Shown: piece after piece, positions 46,760-56,948 of the stretch
Layout: each line of letters begins with the position of its first letter
Position numbering within the stretch: the first letter of the stretch is position 1
Virus record (IMG/VR): IMGVR_UViG_3300042539_000280
Coordinates: 1-64,000 of that record
Source of the DNA: a virus
Strand: one strand, 5' to 3'
Length of the DNA: 64,000 nt
Notes under the pieces: model-generated
Database searches by the model: none
What the model was told of the DNA's origin: nothing
What the model saw: the letters and a program-made list of their open reading frames with translations, nothing else
Translations under genes and position numbers: made by a program

Positions 46760-48445
46760 TTAGAATTTACCGACGATTTCGGAGAAAGCAACTCCGGTGC
46801 TGACCGCTACGAAGTTCAACTGGATGAAGTTGATTGAGCGGGCTGGCTTGATGTAGATATCACCAACGAAGCGGTTGCTGTCGATGACCTCTGGTGTATT
46901 GTTTGTTTCGTCACAAACTACCTTATAATCAAAAATACCACGACGGCCCTTGACATCACGGAGGAATGGTTCTACTAGAGCAACAAACTGTGAACGGGTA
47001 AATTCATCGTTGAACTCGAATAGAGAATACTTGGCGGCCTTGGAAATTGACTTTTCAAGGGTAATGAATAGGCGACGAACGTTGATACGATCAAATGCCG
47101 ATGGCTTGTTGGTCATTGTCTTATCGCCGTATAGAACTGTTCCTAGACCCTGCATTGTTACAACTGGGTTGATGGAGTTCTTGTATAGGTTATCACGATC
47201 TGTCTGGTTTGGTGACCATGCAAGTTGTGTAACATTCTTGACTAGACCACGATTTAGACCTGCTGGTGAGAACCATGGATCTCTTGCCATGTCTGTGTAT
47301 GCACATAGACCTGCAATGTCACCGTTTAGTGGAACCCAACGATATACCTTGTTATACTTGTCAAACTGCTTCTTCCAACCAGAATCCATAACGGCATAGT
47401 TAGATGGGTTATAGTTTTCTTTGGTTGCAATAATAGCAAGTGTTTCACCACCTTGATTGTTTACAACATCGTCCATTTGTGGAGATAGGAATGTAACAAG
47501 ATCTTTTCTTGATTCAGCAATATTATCGACAACATATTCCGCAACTGTTGAATCATGTGGACCAGTCATTAGTAGTGAAACATCAACTTTATCGATATTG
47601 TTGAATAGATCATAAGCCTGTGTTAGATCACCAGTGGTTGGTGTACCAACTGAACCACCAGATAGTCTTGATGTTACTGTATTGGCAGTATCAAATGTGG
47701 TTGTTAGTGATTCGGAACCCCAATTGGTAACGTCAGCAGGATGCTTTAGAATGTAAAGATACTGTGATCTATCTTCGATTACGTTTACATAGTAGTTAGA
47801 AGAACCATCATCGTTCTTAGCATCAGATGCCTTAGAAACGTATGAGAATTTTTCTAGGATTGTGTTTGGAACACCAGTAAACTTACCACCAGCGTCAACA
47901 ACGATAATGTGCATTTCGTCGTTAGCACCTTGACGATCTTCGGTCCACTTTGATGTGCCTGTTGGACCATTGAAGTTTGGTGAATATTCCCACTGAGCAA
48001 ACTTTGTGGTATTTGCGGAAGAGAACATTGAAACTTTGATGCTATTACCTAGTTCACCAGGATAACGTGCAGCAAATGGGCCAGTATTTGCGGATGCTGA
48101 TAGATCCTTATACTGTAGGTCATAAACGTCTTGGTTCTGAATGACGATATTATCGACACCACCAGTAGCGTTATTTGCCTTAGTTAGATCAGCAGCACGA
48201 ACCAACTGTAAGTTCTGTGCATATGAAAGAAAGTTTGCAGCGGTAAAGAATGATGTAAATGTGTTCTGGCTTGGCTTACCGAACCATCTAACAAGTTCTA
48301 CCTCGTTAGAAATGGTCATAACCTTGTTTACAGGACCCCAATCAAAGTCGCCGGCAAAACCTCCTGCTGTAGTGGATAGTGATGGTACGATTGTAGTCAG
48401 ATCAATTTCGGACCAAATCACTCCAGGGGAAAGTTGATATGCCAT
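46760..48445 (-). CDS. gp18: Tail sheath protein
   Basis: SPGV..SEID, WGP, PWFSPAG, AFDRINVRRLF, IKPARSINFI. Confidence 0.97.
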   Translation of the reverse strand: MAYQLSPGVIWSEIDLTTIVPSLSTTAGGFAGDFDWGPVNKVMTISNEVELVRWFGKPSQNTFTSFFTAANFLSYAQNLQLVRAADLTKANNATGGVDNIVIQNQDVYDLQYKDLSASANTGPFAARYPGELGNSIKVSMFSSANTTKFAQWEYSPNFNGPTGTSKWTEDRQGANDEMHIIVVDAGGKFTGVPNTILEKFSYVSKASDAKNDDGSSNYYVNVIEDRSQYLYILKHPADVTNWGSESLTTTFDTANTVTSRLSGGSVGTPTTGDLTQAYDLFNNIDKVDVSLLMTGPHDSTVAEYVVDNIAESRKDLVTFLSPQMDDVVNNQGGETLAIIATKENYNPSNYAVMDSGWKKQFDKYNKVYRWVPLNGDIAGLCAYTDMARDPWFSPAGLNRGLVKNVTQLAWSPNQTDRDNLYKNSINPVVTMQGLGTVLYGDKTMTNKPSAFDRINVRRLFITLEKSISKAAKYSLFEFNDEFTRSQFVALVEPFLRDVKGRRGIFDYKVVCDETNNTPEVIDSNRFVGDIYIKPARSINFIQLNFVAVSTGVAFSEIVGKF

Positions 48446-48522
48446 CTTTTACTCCTTTTTATAGGTTGGAATGGTGTAGAATATCCATTTCTACTTATTT
48501 AGCGTTTTGATGTTTTCCAAAA

Positions 48523-50190
48523 CTATAGTCTTGGGTCCCAATTGTCGTGGATATACAGACCATCCTTATCACTTTTCAACCATAGGTCACCGTTGTCATC
48601 TTGTTCCACATAATCATCTAAACCGTTGTCAATAAAACCAAAAGGTACGTTCTCCACATCTTGAAGATAACCAAGTTCTTTCTGTAGAGCATATCTAATG
48701 TCGTTTGAAACTGTTTCTTTGAATAGTTTTTGTGCTGTCAACCAACCAAAATGAACCAATGTCATGGCCAAGTCGTCGTTGGTTCCTTCTTCTGCCTTGA
48801 ATGTCTTTTTATCCGCAGCAAAAGAAAATAGTTCTGTAATTGTATCTTCATCATTGAGAATAAGTTTATCACTCTCAACCAGGGTTTTGAGGTTAGCACA
48901 ACCGATCATCTTAGATTGTGCGGTAATCTTTAGACCGAATGCCAACTTATTCTTACCTGCCGCAAACCCACCTGAGGCCTGCATACCTTGTTTGCCTTTT
49001 ATCTGGAATTTCATAAGATTTTCGTAGTTCAATTCAAAATGCAGAATGTCGGCCACCTGTAAACCAATTGAATTGATTTCAATAAGGACAAATGCTTCGT
49101 TGTATCTAGTTGCTGCCGAGTATATTACGGCAGGTAATAGCATAGGACTAATTTCGTTGTTTCTATATTTAGCAACTTGTTTATACGGAATCTCTGTAAC
49201 GTCAAAGATAGAGAATGTCGAATAGTCTAATCCTTGACCCTCCGAAACATCGGCACACAAGACATATGTATGTTTTGGAATAGGATCTTCAAATACATCC
49301 ATACATTCGTTTCTATAGATAGGTTCTTTCCAATGCAATGATGCTAGTTTAGAACCGGAAATAAGAGTATTGGATGAACCTAAGAACTCACAACCAAACT
49401 CTTGGTCGAACTGTCTTTGAGAGGTGTTTCTGATAGTTTCTTCTGCCCACTTGGCATCACGACCAGGAACCATACTCCAGTGAATTTCGATAGGTACATA
49501 GGTACTGGTCTTTTCGACCGCTTTCGTCCATAATTTGTAAAAAAGATTCATGCCGTTTGGTGTCGAAACAATAACAACCTTTGAACTTTGACCAGATGAA
49601 ATAGTAGGATAGGTTGAGTTGAAAAACTCCTCCGCCATATTATTAGGTACGAAGGCAAACTCGTCCAGAAAAATCAAGTTGAACGAGAAACCACGGACAG
49701 AACTACCGCTCGTGGAGTCAGCCAGAACTCTCGATCCATTAGCTAACCAAATAGAACCTTTATTCCACTCTTTGATGCCTTGCTTGAGGAACATAGGTAG
49801 ATACTCGAACGCAAGTTTCAACTTACCTAAAAGTTCTCTTGCTGTTGGAGCACGGTTAGCAAGGATTGCCACAACAAACTGTTCATTGAACAAAACTTGG
49901 TGTAGAATATAGGCCACGGATGTTGTAGATTTTCCAACCTGTCGAGGTAGTTTACATATAGAAAAACGATTTTCGTGGAATGTATTCAACATTTTCTTTT
50001 GAAAGTCCCACATAGAGAATGGTATGAGACCTTTATCGACGTTGATGATTTTTATGTATTTTTCAGCAAAGTAAACAGGATCGGCAGCACATTTGATATA
50101 TTCATCCAACTCATGTTGAGTAAATGAATGTCTGTATTGCTCATTAGGGAGATTGGGGTTTGATTGATAACTAAACGGTAATCTGGCCAT
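48523..50190 (-). CDS. gp17: Terminase large subunit
   Basis: PRQVGKST, FLDEFAF, VSTPNG, DVSEGQGLDYS, NDDLAM. Confidence 0.97.
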   Translation of the reverse strand: MARLPFSYQSNPNLPNEQYRHSFTQHELDEYIKCAADPVYFAEKYIKIINVDKGLIPFSMWDFQKKMLNTFHENRFSICKLPRQVGKSTTSVAYILHQVLFNEQFVVAILANRAPTARELLGKLKLAFEYLPMFLKQGIKEWNKGSIWLANGSRVLADSTSGSSVRGFSFNLIFLDEFAFVPNNMAEEFFNSTYPTISSGQSSKVVIVSTPNGMNLFYKLWTKAVEKTSTYVPIEIHWSMVPGRDAKWAEETIRNTSQRQFDQEFGCEFLGSSNTLISGSKLASLHWKEPIYRNECMDVFEDPIPKHTYVLCADVSEGQGLDYSTFSIFDVTEIPYKQVAKYRNNEISPMLLPAVIYSAATRYNEAFVLIEINSIGLQVADILHFELNYENLMKFQIKGKQGMQASGGFAAGKNKLAFGLKITAQSKMIGCANLKTLVESDKLILNDEDTITELFSFAADKKTFKAEEGTNDDLAMTLVHFGWLTAQKLFKETVSNDIRYALQKELGYLQDVENVPFGFIDNGLDDYVEQDDNGDLWLKSDKDGLYIHDNWDPRL

Positions 50191-50590
50191 ATTTTTCTGC
50201 TCTATATCCTTTATATGTCCATCCGTGTATTAGATTGGATTGACCATATTTCAAATCATTGTCTCTACAGAATTGAGAGAGGTTTACTATTATTTCTGTT
50301 TGACCATCAGGATAAGTTATAATCCATTTTGAACTTTTGTTCATGGCCTTTTTATATTTATGCTCGGCCGACTGTTTATGACCTTTTTTCTTAGGTTTTC
50401 TCAAAGCCTGCTTATGCTTTTCGGACTTTGGTTTACCTGTAAGGGATTTACGAATGGCATCTTTGGTTTCATCTGTATGTCTTATAGGTATGTAATCCAT
50501 AGGAATACAGTTACTATAATCATCGTAGTCAATAGGATGATCTGGTGGAAGAATATTGAGTGCTTCTGATAGAGGACAATAAATAGACAT
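50171..50590 (-). CDS. NUMOD3-repeat DNA-binding protein (homing-endonuclease derivative, no evident nuclease domain)
   Basis: HTDETKDAIRKSLTGK, KSEKHKQ, QSAEHK; C-terminal NLSQFCRDN...KGY; GGAG Shine-Dalgarno before 50590. Confidence 0.7.
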   Translation of the reverse strand: MSIYCPLSEALNILPPDHPIDYDDYSNCIPMDYIPIRHTDETKDAIRKSLTGKPKSEKHKQALRKPKKKGHKQSAEHKYKKAMNKSSKWIITYPDGQTEIIVNLSQFCRDNDLKYGQSNLIHGWTYKGYRAEKYGQITV

Positions 50591-50653
50591 GCTGGCGCTC
50601 CTGTTTAGCGTTAGAGTCCGTGGGAGGTGGTGCTCCGTGACGGACATTCCTAT

Positions 50654-51112
50654 TTAGTTTTCTATAGTTTTCTGCTCGTCTTCCTGCTGTTTCTGTTTGA
50701 TTGCCGACAATAGTTCGGCAGTAGAACCTACGAATACGGCCTGTTCCACGTTGATGTGGTCTGCACCCTTCTTTCTTGGATCGGATGCAGGATCAGGTTC
50801 TTTTAGGTCCCTTTTCATTTTCTGTAGGTTATATAGGTCCTTGGACGTTTCTCCTACAGTTTTTATCAGGTTGGCAACTACCTCAAACCCTCTAGCGGAT
50901 TCGTTCTGTCGTGCAATAGTGGAAATGTCCTCTAATGCATCATTACCCTTTTCAATTAGATTACGAAGGGTATTTCTAACAAGTAGATAATCTTCATCTT
51001 GATCGTCAAGAGGTTCTACTTGATGCACAGGTTCATATGGAACCACTTCTTTTTTAGGTGGTTCCTCGTGGTTGATGCCTAAGGCATCTGATAAGTTTTT
51101 CTCAAGTCCCAT
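50654..51112 (-). CDS. gp16: Terminase small subunit
   Basis: DYLLVR, ARGFEVVANLIK, VFVGSTAEL. Confidence 0.92.
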   Translation of the reverse strand: MGLEKNLSDALGINHEEPPKKEVVPYEPVHQVEPLDDQDEDYLLVRNTLRNLIEKGNDALEDISTIARQNESARGFEVVANLIKTVGETSKDLYNLQKMKRDLKEPDPASDPRKKGADHINVEQAVFVGSTAELLSAIKQKQQEDEQKTIEN

Positions 51113-51123
51113 AATAATTCACT

Positions 51124-51531
51124 TTACTGTTTTCTCAAATGTTCCAATATAACAGTAGGATCATTTGAAAGTTTACCTTTTTCAATCAATTTCGAAACTT
51201 TTTTTAGTTCGCTGTCAGGATATGTTTTGATTTCGGTAAGAATATTATCCAACTGTTCAACATATAGTTTTTCTTCATCAGTCATTTCACTAATTATATA
51301 TTTGTCTTGCCATCCATAATTAGTTTTCTCATAGACAACACCTTCAATTTTTTGAAAACGGTCTAATTCTGGTGGAGGTAAACGTGTAAATCTTTCGTAA
51401 CCTTTTGGAGGGTTTTCTGGATTCAGATCAGGATGAAACATACGAAGATTCCATCCTGCAATAGGATGATCTACTGCTTTGCCTTTTTCCACTCTAATGT
51501 ATAGTTCTTCGTCCATTTTATTCCCACTCAA
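51124..51531 (-). CDS. Hypothetical protein (possible fibre assembly factor)
   Basis: Follows the fibre/adhesin pair; GKAVDHPI...NL motif. Confidence 0.55.
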   Translation of the reverse strand: MSGNKMDEELYIRVEKGKAVDHPIAGWNLRMFHPDLNPENPPKGYERFTRLPPPELDRFQKIEGVVYEKTNYGWQDKYIISEMTDEEKLYVEQLDNILTEIKTYPDSELKKVSKLIEKGKLSNDPTVILEHLRKQ

Positions 51532-52231
51532 TAGTTACAGAACCGGCAGTACCATTACCACCATTAGTGCACCATTGACTACCACGATAACCGCCTACAC
51601 CTGCACTACCTACTGTTACCGTAACATTGCTTTTCCAAACAGGAGTATTATCAGTTATAAGATGTGTCCATTCTTTTATTGCTCTACCGCTGTCACCACC
51701 TTGTCCACCATCTGAATATACACCGCCTGGTCCAGATCCGTGTCCTCTTGAACCGCCTGTATGTCCTGTAGTGTTTGTGTCGCCGCCAGTACCTACTGAG
51801 TCTGCCGCATCTAAGTCACCTACACCATATCCATAACAACCACCTTGTGATGCACCGGCGCCACCAGGACCTACAACAGGAACAGTTGATCCAAATCTTG
51901 AGGTACCACCTGAGGTACCAGGTCCGCCGCCCCAACAATACAAATATGGAAAGTGATCGGATCCACCACCTCCACCGCCTGAACCTCCTATTACATCAAC
52001 TGTAAGTGTAACAAATGGTGGAACAAGAAATGTATATGTACCTGGTGTGGAATATGTTCTTGAACCAGGTGCTGGTTTAGAATAGGCGTCGGATAATTTG
52101 ATTGTGCCTTTTTCTTTGCCTGCCAAATAACGAACATCCCAATCAGACAAGTTTATCTGTTGATTGGTGTTACCTCTTGCTAGATTGGATATATCTGATA
52201 AAGATATAGGGCCATTACTTTGAAGTGCCAT
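51518..52231 (-). CDS. Gly-rich fibre-tip adhesin-like protein
   Basis: MALQSNGPISLSDI N-terminus; GGGGG runs; VTVGSAG, GSVTIEW. Confidence 0.7.
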   Translation of the reverse strand: MALQSNGPISLSDISNLARGNTNQQINLSDWDVRYLAGKEKGTIKLSDAYSKPAPGSRTYSTPGTYTFLVPPFVTLTVDVIGGSGGGGGGSDHFPYLYCWGGGPGTSGGTSRFGSTVPVVGPGGAGASQGGCYGYGVGDLDAADSVGTGGDTNTTGHTGGSRGHGSGPGGVYSDGGQGGDSGRAIKEWTHLITDNTPVWKSNVTVTVGSAGVGGYRGSQWCTNGGNGTAGSVTIEWE

Positions 52232-52233
52232 TT

Positions 52234-53583
52234 TTATCCTTTGTTTATTTTAGATGACAACTCATTTATGGCTTCGATTAGTAGAGGAACAACTCTTTCA
52301 TATCTAACTGCTTTTGTTCCATCTGGTCTTGTAATAACGGCCTCTGGTAGTACCTTTTCTAATTGTTGTGCAAGGACACCAACATCATGTTTTCTAATAA
52401 AGTAGTCATCAAGACCTCCATGATTGTTGATATATTCTTCTGACCAATCGAACTCAACACCTGTAATTGAGTTTACTTTTTCAAGTGCATTAGGTATTTT
52501 TGTTACGTTTTCTTTGAATCTTTCGTCAGATGTAAAGAATCCGGAAATGTCACCATATGTTCTGATATCACCGGATGATGTAATTTTTCCTTGAACAGTG
52601 ACATTAGATGAAATGTGTGCGTTGCCGGTATTTGCATAAATGCTGGATAGAACTGTGCTTCCTGATGCATTATAGAAATAAAGATAGGAAATACCAGATG
52701 CAGGGTTTGCCTTGATCTTTACAGTTTTGCCAAAAGTAGCACCATTAGAATCCAGAATATGTGAACCAGATGCAAATGTGCTTGTACCATAAACTACAAG
52801 ATTACCTTCTGCGGTAAATGTTCCAGTTGATACACCATCTACAGTATTGATTTTGGAATTTGCTGTACCAAATGCGGCATTTACTACAGTATATGCGGAG
52901 TTTATCTTGAAGAATCCAGCATTAGCAGCACCATAAGCAACATTGGTAACATTATAGGATGAATTAGCAACTCTATATGATGCCGTGGTATTTGTAGAAA
53001 CACCATTAGCAAATACAAAGGCAGCGGATGCATTGACGCCTGCACCAAGAGCAAGTATTGTGCCTACATTTGCCTGACTCCACGCCAAATCGGATCTGAC
53101 ATATGCAGCATTGGCCTGATCAAAACCTGCCGCAGCATTTCCATCTACTACTGATAGAATAGCATTGATTGTATTAGCAATACCACTAAGATTTAGAATT
53201 AGATTGATAGCAGTATTAGTTGCGGTATAATATGAGAAGAATGTGGTATTGACCGTATTGGCAAGGTCAAATGCGGCTTTAGCATTAGCAGCAGCACCAT
53301 TTACTGTATTAGCAATTTGTGTGGCAGCCTGGGCCGAACCAAGAACAAGATTAGCATATCCATATGCATCATTGGCAACATCAAATGCGGATGATGTTAG
53401 AAATAGAAGATCACCATCAGTAGTATCGACTACGGTAATAAGATTAGCAAGGTTTGAAGTAACATTGCTTACATTATTATAAAGTTCATTGAAGTTGTTA
53501 CTTGCTTTACCGAACGCATTTCTTAGCGTATCACCGGTACCATCATTAGCATTTGTTCCAATGTTGATTGTCTGTTTTGCCAT
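52234..53583 (-). CDS. Tail/collar fibre with gp9/gp10-like N-terminus and C-terminal S74 intramolecular chaperone
   Basis: INIGTNANDGTGDTLR; SDERFKEN, GVEFDW, GVLAQQLE, LLIEAINEL. Confidence 0.85.
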   Translation of the reverse strand: MAKQTINIGTNANDGTGDTLRNAFGKASNNFNELYNNVSNVTSNLANLITVVDTTDGDLLFLTSSAFDVANDAYGYANLVLGSAQAATQIANTVNGAAANAKAAFDLANTVNTTFFSYYTATNTAINLILNLSGIANTINAILSVVDGNAAAGFDQANAAYVRSDLAWSQANVGTILALGAGVNASAAFVFANGVSTNTTASYRVANSSYNVTNVAYGAANAGFFKINSAYTVVNAAFGTANSKINTVDGVSTGTFTAEGNLVVYGTSTFASGSHILDSNGATFGKTVKIKANPASGISYLYFYNASGSTVLSSIYANTGNAHISSNVTVQGKITSSGDIRTYGDISGFFTSDERFKENVTKIPNALEKVNSITGVEFDWSEEYINNHGGLDDYFIRKHDVGVLAQQLEKVLPEAVITRPDGTKAVRYERVVPLLIEAINELSSKINKG

Positions 53584-53612
53584 TGCCTTTTCCGCAGTTG
53601 TTCGTTAGGTAT

Positions 53613-54620
53613 TTATAATTCTGTTTCTGGCCATTCGGTGACTTCAATATTATAACCATAATCATCGGTAGGTTGTGCCGTTGATGGATCTGGAGTAATT
53701 ACTATCTCTGCAAGTTTCATTGATATGACATAGAATGAATCTAATGTGCATACGCCGTTTGTAGATAATGCATGAATTTCAGTATTTACCTTGAATGTTC
53801 CTTGAACCGCACCAATCACCATCTGATCTAAATCGGAGTTATATTTGACAACCGAACCATATGCAGTAGCAGTCTGATATGTATTACCCTGATAGACCAT
53901 ATCATCTACTTTGAATACACCATTAGCATTGGCCACATTTATTCTGGCAATGTAACCAGACTGTAATGCAGGATCGTTGTAAATGTTGGTGTAGATAGAA
54001 CGAATGATCTTTGGATATGAGATTGGACCATAGTAATACATCTTCATGGTAAAGTTTAGTGTCCAATTGACATATCTTACTGAATCATAATCACCCTCAT
54101 ACTGAATATCATTAGAGACATTGTTGAGAATGATTGGAACGTCCTTATACATTCCTAGATCAGGAATCATATTAGTGGTAACTGTAAAGTCAGGATTGAA
54201 GAACGGTAAAATCTGCTCTACAATATGGGTACCGTCGTCAATGTTTCTTGTATAAATATTCAATTGAAAATTGATATCATACGGAACACCCATATAAGAC
54301 GCCGAAACATGAGTAGTGGTATTCGATCTTGCGGCCTTTAGTAATGAGTTTTGTTTGCGAGAGGCATCATAGGTAATACCAGTAATCTCGAAACCCATTC
54401 TTGGTAGCATAACCTGAATTTGTCTTAGCAAATCTGGATCAGAGAAGATACGAGTAACCATCTTCTCTTTTGGTGAATAAACCAAAGGAACACGAAAGCG
54501 ATTGACCTCCTCACCGGACTGGTCATTCTTTCTAACTACAATGATATCATCAAACAAACGGCCGAATAGAACGACCGCCTTACGAGTAAGTTGATGATAG
54601 AATGGACTATTACCTAACAT
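53613..54620 (-). CDS. gp15: Tail sheath stabilizer/completion protein
   Basis: FGRLF, VPLVYSPKEK, LPRMGFEI, IVEQILPFFNP. Confidence 0.95.
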   Translation of the reverse strand: MLGNSPFYHQLTRKAVVLFGRLFDDIIVVRKNDQSGEEVNRFRVPLVYSPKEKMVTRIFSDPDLLRQIQVMLPRMGFEITGITYDASRKQNSLLKAARSNTTTHVSASYMGVPYDINFQLNIYTRNIDDGTHIVEQILPFFNPDFTVTTNMIPDLGMYKDVPIILNNVSNDIQYEGDYDSVRYVNWTLNFTMKMYYYGPISYPKIIRSIYTNIYNDPALQSGYIARINVANANGVFKVDDMVYQGNTYQTATAYGSVVKYNSDLDQMVIGAVQGTFKVNTEIHALSTNGVCTLDSFYVISMKLAEIVITPDPSTAQPTDDYGYNIEVTEWPETEL

Positions 54621-55517
54621 TTATGGTGTTCCAAATGGATTGAACTCGGACAAATCTAAAATCTCTCCGGCATCGGTGTTTAGTTGTTTGTTGTCGAACA
54701 TATCATATTCCGACAAATCTGAGATTGTATCGACATTGATAGTAGTATAAATGGCATTACTGGTATTACCAATTATCGTATAGTTATTAGTAAACTGACC
54801 AACAATGTTATAGAGTTGCAATGTATTATTAGATGCAAACCACTGTTTGACAGTTGCCTGTGCATATGCAGAATTTATATTACTGTTAGATGACTGATAT
54901 ACAGTTTCACCCATAAAGTAATCGATGGGTGAAATATTTGCAGAAGGTACAAGATTGATATTGATTGTATAAAGATTGTCTGTACCTACCTGATCAACTT
55001 CATCAATACCAGTAGCAATCTGTTCCTGAGAAGCACGGAAGGCCTCACATTTCAATTCATACACATAAGGTAGTTTCTTACCGATTTGGTGGAACATAAC
55101 TTCATGTTCAACAAACTTTACTTCAAACATTTTATGAAGAATAGGAACATAGACAAGATCACCTTCTTGTGGTCTTTGTCTAATAGAACCAGGCATAATG
55201 CTACGGAATGATCTGCGTGATATAACAAAGTTATCGTTGTCTCTAATCTCTAAACCAAACTTAGAGAAAAAGTCTTGCTGTCCTTCGTGCCCACCAACAT
55301 TCAATAGATATGCCTCAATTAGATAGGCCTTCTTGAATGCCGAGTTTTTATATTCACCAAAGATCATATCACCTTCATCAAATGATTCTCTTGGAATATA
55401 ATAAACGTTGTGACCCATAATCTGGATGGATTCAACAATAAGGTCTTCCATCAACAAATGTTCATTGTTGATTCTTTCTTGTGACGGATAATTGTTGAAA
55501 TAACGGTTGACTGCCAT
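54621..55517 (-). CDS. gp14: Neck protein
   Basis: ESIQIMG..YYIPR, SKFGLEIRD, PQEGDLVY, SEFNPFG. Confidence 0.95.
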   Translation of the reverse strand: MAVNRYFNNYPSQERINNEHLLMEDLIVESIQIMGHNVYYIPRESFDEGDMIFGEYKNSAFKKAYLIEAYLLNVGGHEGQQDFFSKFGLEIRDNDNFVISRRSFRSIMPGSIRQRPQEGDLVYVPILHKMFEVKFVEHEVMFHQIGKKLPYVYELKCEAFRASQEQIATGIDEVDQVGTDNLYTININLVPSANISPIDYFMGETVYQSSNSNINSAYAQATVKQWFASNNTLQLYNIVGQFTNNYTIIGNTSNAIYTTINVDTISDLSEYDMFDNKQLNTDAGEILDLSEFNPFGTP

Positions 55518-55518
55518 A

Positions 55519-56268
55519 TTATCCTACTAGGAATCCTGGTGGTTCTTGATAAGTATCACGAATAGTTTGCTCTAAGTCTTTGATTTCTGCCACCGCTTCG
55601 TCAAAAACTTGCTGGCCATTCATGGTTATACCACCTGCCAACTGCATTCCACCATATTTCTTCATATTATTTCCCCACTGACGCTTGATATATGCTGTAC
55701 CTAAGGCCTTGAGCATACGATCATTCCAGAATAGGTTATAGGCATTTGGATCGGTAACGACACGACCTTGTGCAATGATAAACTGTCCTTCTTCAATATC
55801 ACTACCCCAATCCCAGTCGATATAGAGACGGTTGTTGATCTTGTTATAACGGATTGGTGTTTCACCTGAGAAGATCATGTCCAATGTTCTTAGATGCTGC
55901 ATGGTTAGAGCATAATTGACATAGGAGGTGGATGAAAGATCCCAGAGGTCGTTTAGACGCAACTGGTACCTTAGATCGAAAAATGTCATGGATTGATTGG
56001 TGCCACCGACAGGGAATACCTGAGTAACGGAATTTACACCTTCGGACATTTGAATATAATTGTTGGCAATATCACCGGCGGTGATTTGATGTTTTAGATA
56101 TGACTTTTCGGTTCCATCATAGTGGAATTCCTGAAAATATTGGACTGCAATAGTTATACAATCTTCGGCCTGCACATCATCAACGTTGACCTTGATTACA
56201 GGTTCACCTAGTTGACGAAAGCAAAGAGCCTTAAATTCTTCTCTATTTGCTGGTGCTGACTGTGACAT
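55519..56268 (-). CDS. gp13: Neck protein
   Basis: LGEPVIKVNV, HYDG, IKRQWGNNMKKYGG. Confidence 0.95.
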   Translation of the reverse strand: MSQSAPANREEFKALCFRQLGEPVIKVNVDDVQAEDCITIAVQYFQEFHYDGTEKSYLKHQITAGDIANNYIQMSEGVNSVTQVFPVGGTNQSMTFFDLRYQLRLNDLWDLSSTSYVNYALTMQHLRTLDMIFSGETPIRYNKINNRLYIDWDWGSDIEEGQFIIAQGRVVTDPNAYNLFWNDRMLKALGTAYIKRQWGNNMKKYGGMQLAGGITMNGQQVFDEAVAEIKDLEQTIRDTYQEPPGFLVG

Positions 56269-56307
56269 GGCAATCCTTTTAGTAGTTATTCATACTATTT
56301 AGGATTC

Positions 56308-56928
56308 CTACCGAAACTTAGGACCCTCTACCCATATCACAATTGATTTACGAACACCTGATAAAACAGGGGTCACACGATGAATCATAAATGAAGGAAA
56401 AGCAATAATAGTTCCTCTTTCCATACAAATTGTCAAAGGATTTTTTTCTTGCCCGGTATTTATTTGAAAATCACCACCTTCAAATTCATTTCTATCATTC
56501 AAAAGCATAACAAGTGTAAGTTTTCGGGTATCAAGCATTTTCATAACAGGTTCTAATTCATAACCAAGTACCGTATCACCGTGCCAATCATATTTACCTT
56601 GTTCATTTCCATTATACACTGTATATTGAATAGTATTATATCCATGCAGATCGAATTGATAAAACTGATCATTTATGGATTCAATCACATTATTATAGGT
56701 ATCAAATATCCAGGATGTTTCATCATTTCTTTCGAAAAATTTAATATCCGAAACTCTGACCGATCCATCTACTGTCTGTCCGTTTTCTTTTACAACTCCA
56801 CCTCTATACAAATCAAATTTACTACACATATTTTCAAAATGATCTAATTGGACGTTGGTAAAAGCATCTTTCCACCACACATAAAATGGTGTTATTCTTC
56901 TTCTAGTAAAGGTATCATTATGTATCAT
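56308..56928 (-). CDS. 2OG-Fe(II) oxygenase (PKHD-type), AT-rich
   Basis: QYTVY, YDWHGD, RKLT, FEGGDF, FPSFMIHRVTPV, RKSIVIW. Confidence 0.9.
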   Translation of the reverse strand: MIHNDTFTRRRITPFYVWWKDAFTNVQLDHFENMCSKFDLYRGGVVKENGQTVDGSVRVSDIKFFERNDETSWIFDTYNNVIESINDQFYQFDLHGYNTIQYTVYNGNEQGKYDWHGDTVLGYELEPVMKMLDTRKLTLVMLLNDRNEFEGGDFQINTGQEKNPLTICMERGTIIAFPSFMIHRVTPVLSGVRKSIVIWVEGPKFR

Positions 56929-56948
56929 ATTATATCTTTCATTATGTG

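Noticed and set aside
48523-50650. Group I intron or intein in the terminase
   Set aside because: gp17 and gp16 are each continuous and of normal length; the NUMOD3 gene is free-standing
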